A stretch of 30,845 bases of DNA. It comes from a bacterium (lineage in GTDB: Bacteria; Babelota; Babeliae; Babelales; JABCYS01). The translations under genes were made by a program, and so were the position numbers. The notes under the pieces were generated by a model, which made no database searches, was not told the DNA's origin, and saw only the letters and a list, made by a program, of their open reading frames with translations. Of the stretch, positions 26,422 through 30,845 are shown piece by piece (positions within the stretch are counted from its first letter, which is position 1; every line of letters starts with the position of its first letter). The DNA lies in NCBI GenBank assembly GCA_027452085.1, contig DAIDHG010000005.1, forward strand, positions 1 through 30,845, written 5' to 3'.

Positions 26422-27966
26422 ATGCACAGCAAGGTTTTTAGCGCAACCACGATTGGTGTTGATGCTCATTTGGTTGAGGTAGAGGTAGATCTTTCGGGCG
26501 GTATGTTGGAATTTCATATCGTGGGATTGCCTGATATTGTGATCAAAGAAAGTAAGCGCCGTATACTTACTGCATTAAAAAATAGTGGGCTTCGTCTTCC
26601 AGAAAAAAAAATTACCGTAAATCTGGCTCCTGCTGATCTGAAAAAGGAGGGCACTCTCTTTGATGTACCAATTGCGATTGGTTTATTGCAGGCAGCAGGC
26701 TTAATTCAGGTGCCAGCATCTTTCTGGCAGAAAACGCTGATCGTTGGTGAATTATCGCTTGATGGTTCAATCCGACCGGTTCGGGGAACACTTTCAATTG
26801 CGAGCGATCTGCGTCGGCTTCATAAGAGCCGTATTATTGTGCCGGCGGCCAATGCGCATGAAGTTGCCATCATTGCTGACATTGAATGTTATGCCGTATC
26901 ACATATGGTTGAGTTGGTATCATTTTTGCGCAATGAAACAGATATAGCGCCAATTGCTCATGCAATGCCAACATTTGTGCAAGAAGAAACTGATCTTGAT
27001 TTTGGGCAGGTGAAGGGGCAACGGCAGGCAAAGCGTGCATTGCAAATAGCGGCAGCAGGCAAACATCATATCATGTTTATTGGGCCGCCAGGTGCTGGCA
27101 AAAGCATGTTAGCCAAGAGATTGAATACCATTTTGCCGGCAATGCCACTCGAAGAAATGGTAGAAACGGGAAAGATTTATTCAGTCAGTGGCAAGATGCC
27201 AGCACAAACCTTCTTAACAGCCCGCCCCTTTCGATCACCTCATCATACTATTTCTCAGGCAGGCTTGGTTGGTGGCGGCAGCTTCCCGCAGCCTGGTGAG
27301 ATAAGCTTGGCGCATCACGGCGTATTATTTTTAGATGAACTTACGGAATTTAAGCGAACGACACTTGAAGCGCTCAGAGAGCCGTTGGAAAATCGGGTGA
27401 TTACTATTGCGCGCGCGCAGCAATCAGTAACTTTTCCCGCACATGTTTTGTTGGTTGCCGCTATGAATCCGTGCCCCTGCGGCTTCTATGGTGATCGTAA
27501 AAAAACATGTCATTGCCCACCAACTAAAATTCAAAAATATTTAGAAAAAATATCCGGGCCGTTGCTTGACCGCATTGATTTGCAAGTGGCGGTGCAGGGC
27601 GTGAGCTATGACACGGTGGTAGACCGAGTTGCCGATTCGGTAACGACAAAGACCTTGCAAGAAGGGGTGCGGCGAGCCGTGATGAAACAAAACCAACGAT
27701 TTAATTCATGTACTAAATTTAATGCCATGATGAGCAGCAGTGAGGTTGATCAATTTTGTGGGTTGAATGACCAAGCTCAACTACTCATCAAACAGGCCTT
27801 TGATCGTTTTAGTTTGAGTATGCGTGGCTACCATAAAATATTGAAAATTGCACGAACGATTGCTGATATTGATGCGTGCGAGGTCATTGATGTGCCCCAT
27901 ATTCAAGAAGCATTGACCTACCGTTCGTTGGATCAGTATTTAGAAAAAATATGGGTTTCTTCATGA
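26422..27966 (+). CDS. comM: ComM/YifB Mg-chelatase-like AAA+ ATPase
   Basis: IVGLPD, TVNLAPADLKKEG, GPPGAGKS, RPFRSPHH, PGEISLAHHGVLFLDE, MNPCPCG, SGPLLDRID. Confidence 0.95.
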   Translation: MHSKVFSATTIGVDAHLVEVEVDLSGGMLEFHIVGLPDIVIKESKRRILTALKNSGLRLPEKKITVNLAPADLKKEGTLFDVPIAIGLLQAAGLIQVPASFWQKTLIVGELSLDGSIRPVRGTLSIASDLRRLHKSRIIVPAANAHEVAIIADIECYAVSHMVELVSFLRNETDIAPIAHAMPTFVQEETDLDFGQVKGQRQAKRALQIAAAGKHHIMFIGPPGAGKSMLAKRLNTILPAMPLEEMVETGKIYSVSGKMPAQTFLTARPFRSPHHTISQAGLVGGGSFPQPGEISLAHHGVLFLDELTEFKRTTLEALREPLENRVITIARAQQSVTFPAHVLLVAAMNPCPCGFYGDRKKTCHCPPTKIQKYLEKISGPLLDRIDLQVAVQGVSYDTVVDRVADSVTTKTLQEGVRRAVMKQNQRFNSCTKFNAMMSSSEVDQFCGLNDQAQLLIKQAFDRFSLSMRGYHKILKIARTIADIDACEVIDVPHIQEALTYRSLDQYLEKIWVSS

Positions 27967-28340
27967 TTCGTGCCATTGGTTCTGATATTATAGAAATTAA
28001 TCGTTTTGCGAGTTGGTATGCATATCCGCAACAACAACTGAGTAAAATTTTTTCCGATCGTGAGATATCATATTGTCTATCACATCAATCGTTAGCAGCT
28101 CAGCGATTTGCCGTGCGATTTGCTGCAAAAGAAGCTCTTTATAAAGCATTGTGGGCTGCACAAGTGCGAACAAAATTTTTTTTAATGTGTCGCCATGCGG
28201 AAATAATAACGCAAAAAGGCATACCCATCTTTAAGGTCAACTGGCAGGCACTGCCCCATGACCCAATGAATGTGCATGTAACGTTAACACACAATAAATC
28301 TCAGGCTTTTGCGACCGTTCTTCTTGAATCGCTTGATTAG
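27963..28340 (+). CDS. acpS: Holo-ACP synthase
   Basis: IGSDIIEINRF, RFAAKEALYKA, VTLTH; ATGA overlap with the comM stop. Confidence 0.9.
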   Translation: MIRAIGSDIIEINRFASWYAYPQQQLSKIFSDREISYCLSHQSLAAQRFAVRFAAKEALYKALWAAQVRTKFFLMCRHAEIITQKGIPIFKVNWQALPHDPMNVHVTLTHNKSQAFATVLLESLD

Positions 28341-28470
28341 GTTTGCCATATATACCAATGCTTGTATTATCATGGTTGGCTTTCATTTGCAGGAATCATA
28401 CCATTATCATTGGCTATGTGATGGTAGCAGAATGTCAGCACTACGATGCATTTAAACATTCAGATCTACT

Positions 28471-29565
28471 ATGCTTATCGATGACTTACGCGAGCAGCTT
28501 AAAGAGCTTGAGCCTGATTTGCAGGCAATCGTTTCCTTTTGGGCTGCGTCTGGCTTGGAAAAAGAATTTTTAGAGCTGAGTGCGGCAATAGAGCAAGAAG
28601 ACTTTTGGCAAAATCCGAAACAAACAGAGATTAAGCAAAAGTTGCAGCGGCTGAAGATGCAACGCGAGGCATACCTCAGCATTACCAACAGCTTCCACGA
28701 GCTGAAAGAATTTATCGATTTATTTGGTGCTGATGAGTCTGAGCTGAAAAAACTAGAGATTGATATTGCACGTCTTAAAGAACATTTGGCATCATTCAAA
28801 ATATCGTTGTTACTCAATCAGCACTCAGATCATGCGGCAGCGTTTGTAAGTATTAATGCAGGCGCTGGTGGCACCGAATCTCAAGATTGGGCCTCCATGC
28901 TCTTGCGCATGTATATTCGGTTTTGCGAAGAACAAAAATTTAATGCACAACTCATTGATTACCAACCAGGTGAACAAGCGGGTATAAAATCTGCTACCCT
29001 GTTTGTGCGTGGTGATAATTCCTATGGTTTGTTAAAAAGTGAGCATGGCATCCATCGGCTTGTGCGAATTTCACCATTCGATGCAGCCAAAAGACGACAT
29101 ACTTCATTTGCCGGCGTAACGGTTATTCCAGAAGTTCCCCAAGAAGAAGTGACGATTGATAGCAAAGATTTGCGCATTGATACCTATCGCGCTGGCGGCG
29201 CAGGCGGTCAGCATGTGAATAAAACGGAGTCAGCCGTGCGTATTACTCATATGCCAACTAATATTGTAGTGCAGTGCCAAAGTGAACGATCGCAACATCA
29301 AAATAAAGAGACCGCGATGAAGATGCTCATGGCTAAGCTTGCGCAAAAACAACACGAAGAGAAATTGGCCAAATCTGCCTCGATTGAAAAAAAGAAAATT
29401 GAATGGGGCTCGCAAATTCGTTCATACGTTTTGCATCCGTACAAGATGGTAAAAGACCACCGAACGGATATAGAATCGCCTCAACCAGACCTTGTCTTAG
29501 ATGGCGCGCTGACCAAATTTATTGAGGCCTATCTTTTGTGGGCTGTTCACGAAAAACTCAGTTAA
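28471..29565 (+). CDS. prfB: Peptide chain release factor 2, single reading frame
   Basis: GAGGTESQDW, SPF stop-recognition motif, GGQ; 364 aa, uninterrupted. Confidence 0.96.
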   Translation: MLIDDLREQLKELEPDLQAIVSFWAASGLEKEFLELSAAIEQEDFWQNPKQTEIKQKLQRLKMQREAYLSITNSFHELKEFIDLFGADESELKKLEIDIARLKEHLASFKISLLLNQHSDHAAAFVSINAGAGGTESQDWASMLLRMYIRFCEEQKFNAQLIDYQPGEQAGIKSATLFVRGDNSYGLLKSEHGIHRLVRISPFDAAKRRHTSFAGVTVIPEVPQEEVTIDSKDLRIDTYRAGGAGGQHVNKTESAVRITHMPTNIVVQCQSERSQHQNKETAMKMLMAKLAQKQHEEKLAKSASIEKKKIEWGSQIRSYVLHPYKMVKDHRTDIESPQPDLVLDGALTKFIEAYLLWAVHEKLS

Positions 29566-29735
29566 TAGGTCTCCTCTCTTGCATCTGAAGGATCCTCCCT
29601 ATTATTGTGTGGATGATGGTGACTGCTACTATCAAAAATCTTTAGTGCAGCAATAAAAAAATGGAAGTTGTTGTATTGCTAGAAATAGCGATCAAGCGTA
29701 GTTTTTTAGGTTAAACCCTTTGAAAAAGGAGGATA

Positions 29736-29764
29736 TTGACATTCTGAAATTTCTAAGAAATGAT
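29736..29764 (+). promoter_or_regulatory. Candidate sigma70 promoter for the repeat-protein gene
   Basis: Perfect TTGACA (29736-29741), 17-nt spacer, AATGAT; SD AGGAG lies just upstream of ATG 29808. Confidence 0.4.
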
Positions 29765-29807
29765 GTACGTTGTAGTCTGTTTATTTATCTAAACCTATAG
29801 GAGAGTC

Positions 29808-30845
29808 ATGAAGATGAACATTCATGCACATCTACAAAAGAAAGCAATGTTTTTCCTTGCTTTCAGTTTTATGGCCCCTGCGCCAATCTTTTCAAAAATG
29901 TTTCCAGCTATGCCTAAGGCTGTTGAGCAAGCCAAAAAAGCAGTAGTAAGCGGTAAACATTTTACTGAATCTGAACTGCGCGATATGATCGCCAAAATAT
30001 ACGAAGCGGCTGAGAGATTAAATCTTTCTGGTCGTCTTCCTTCTTCATTTGCTAAATGTCGCTCGATGCTTGCTGATGGCAGAGTGAGCCTGCATCGTGA
30101 TGATCTCATCGTTGCCATGTATGATGTAATTAATTGGCTTGCAGAAGAAGTTACCGCTCGTGGCGTAACTCGTGCAGCTAAAAATCCTGATTTCCAAGAT
30201 GCAATATTGAAAATCCTTGGTGATGCAAGTTCAGTACTTGGTCCAAAGGAAAGCGTTTCAAGTGCATTGAAAAAGCTTCTTTTAAGCTTTGATGGCGAAG
30301 TAGACAGATCGTATGAAGATGGCCGTTGCGGTGGTTGTATTCGTGATACACTCTGCGACATTGATCGCGATGTCGATCAAATCCAGTGTGTGCTTGGCAA
30401 CTTCTGTGATTGCCCAGAATTTGTTAATCGCTCAAAAGCAGTAACTCGTGATACCTGTTACCCACCATGCGGTGTGACGTTTGCGCAAGTTCTTTGTGAT
30501 ATTGCCGTTACTATTGATACTGATTTCAATGGTACATTCACAGCGTTGGCAGATATCGATCAAGATATCGATGATCTAACAACCATCGTTATTACTGATT
30601 TTAATGGTACATTCAGCATGTTGAATGCTATCTTTGATGCTGAATCAGGCGAAATGATCTGCAACTTCAATGGTACCTACACGGTGCTTGCAGATATCGA
30701 TCAAGATATTGATGATCTAACCGCTATCGTTATTAACGATTTTAATGGTACCTTCTCAGTGCTTCAAGCTATTGAAGCATGTGCATGTGCGGTTCCAGCT
30801 TGTGATATTTGCCAAGAATTCAATGGCACATTTACAACCCTAGCT
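29808..30845 (+). CDS. Partial secreted Cys-rich protein with FNGT[FY] repeats (runs off the window, at least 346 aa)
   Basis: My translation: MKMNIHAHLQKKAMFFLAFSFMAPAPIFS... with no stop to the window end; SD present. It is not in the ORF track because it has no stop codon. Confidence 0.85.
   Translation, partial: MKMNIHAHLQKKAMFFLAFSFMAPAPIFSKMFPAMPKAVEQAKKAVVSGKHFTESELRDMIAKIYEAAERLNLSGRLPSSFAKCRSMLADGRVSLHRDDLIVAMYDVINWLAEEVTARGVTRAAKNPDFQDAILKILGDASSVLGPKESVSSALKKLLLSFDGEVDRSYEDGRCGGCIRDTLCDIDRDVDQIQCVLGNFCDCPEFVNRSKAVTRDTCYPPCGVTFAQVLCDIAVTIDTDFNGTFTALADIDQDIDDLTTIVITDFNGTFSMLNAIFDAESGEMICNFNGTYTVLADIDQDIDDLTAIVINDFNGTFSVLQAIEACACAVPACDICQEFNGTFTTLA
30525..30845 (+). repeat. In-frame repeats encoding FNGT[FY][TS]xL
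   Basis: Motif starts at 30525, 30600, 30666, 30741 and 30819 (25, 22, 25, 26 aa spacing); a ~90-nt block is duplicated at a 141-nt offset. Confidence 0.85.

Noticed and set aside
28446..28485. uORF ending CGA-TGA-C over the prfB start as a relocated frameshift site
   Set aside because: No slippery CTT-T and no internal SD; prfB is already full length from ATG 28471.
399..29415. Numerous 60-140 aa alternative-frame and antisense ORFs (e.g. 399-827, 7940-8212, 28343-28573, 28452-28817)
   Set aside because: They overlap well-supported genes and show no motifs or SD; treated as shadows.
29822..30361. 179-aa minus-strand ORF in the track
   Set aside because: Antisense shadow of the plus-strand gene at 29808, which has an SD, a signal peptide and repeats.
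30525..30845. Repeats as a CRISPR array or DGR template/variable pair
   Set aside because: Spacings are multiples of 3, variation follows codons and is not adenine-specific, spacers are themselves repeated, and no cas or reverse transcriptase gene is present.

Overview
This is a gene-dense bacterial core-genome window in standard code 11; TGA acts as a stop in the ATGA overlaps pilP/pilQ and comM/acpS. Gene content and style suggest a host-associated bacterium with a reduced genome, most likely Candidatus Dependentiae/Babelota (TM6). That assignment is inference only. Gene order: partial secreted protein (gspD?), gspC, MoxR ATPase, mlaF, mlaE, secG, tpiA, secreted RING-finger protein, N-terminally truncated clpB and C-terminally truncated uvrC (all minus); M48 protease with an in-frame TGA, RelBE-type toxin-antitoxin pair, M23 peptidase and pilO-pilP-pilQ (plus); HerA-like ATPase, secreted lysozyme-like protein, minimal ATP synthase epsilon, priA, PfkB kinase and lon (minus); lolD-like ATPase, murJ, NUDIX, comM, acpS, prfB without frameshift, and a secreted Cys-rich FNGTF-repeat protein that runs off the window and is missing from the ORF track (plus). 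The most unusual signal is a ~26-37 bp palindromic DNA element. It sits in-frame inside clpB and herA in different reading frames, shows a compensatory base-pair change between copies, and may have a decayed third copy in uvrC. I found no rRNA, tRNA, CRISPR array, integrase or transposase.
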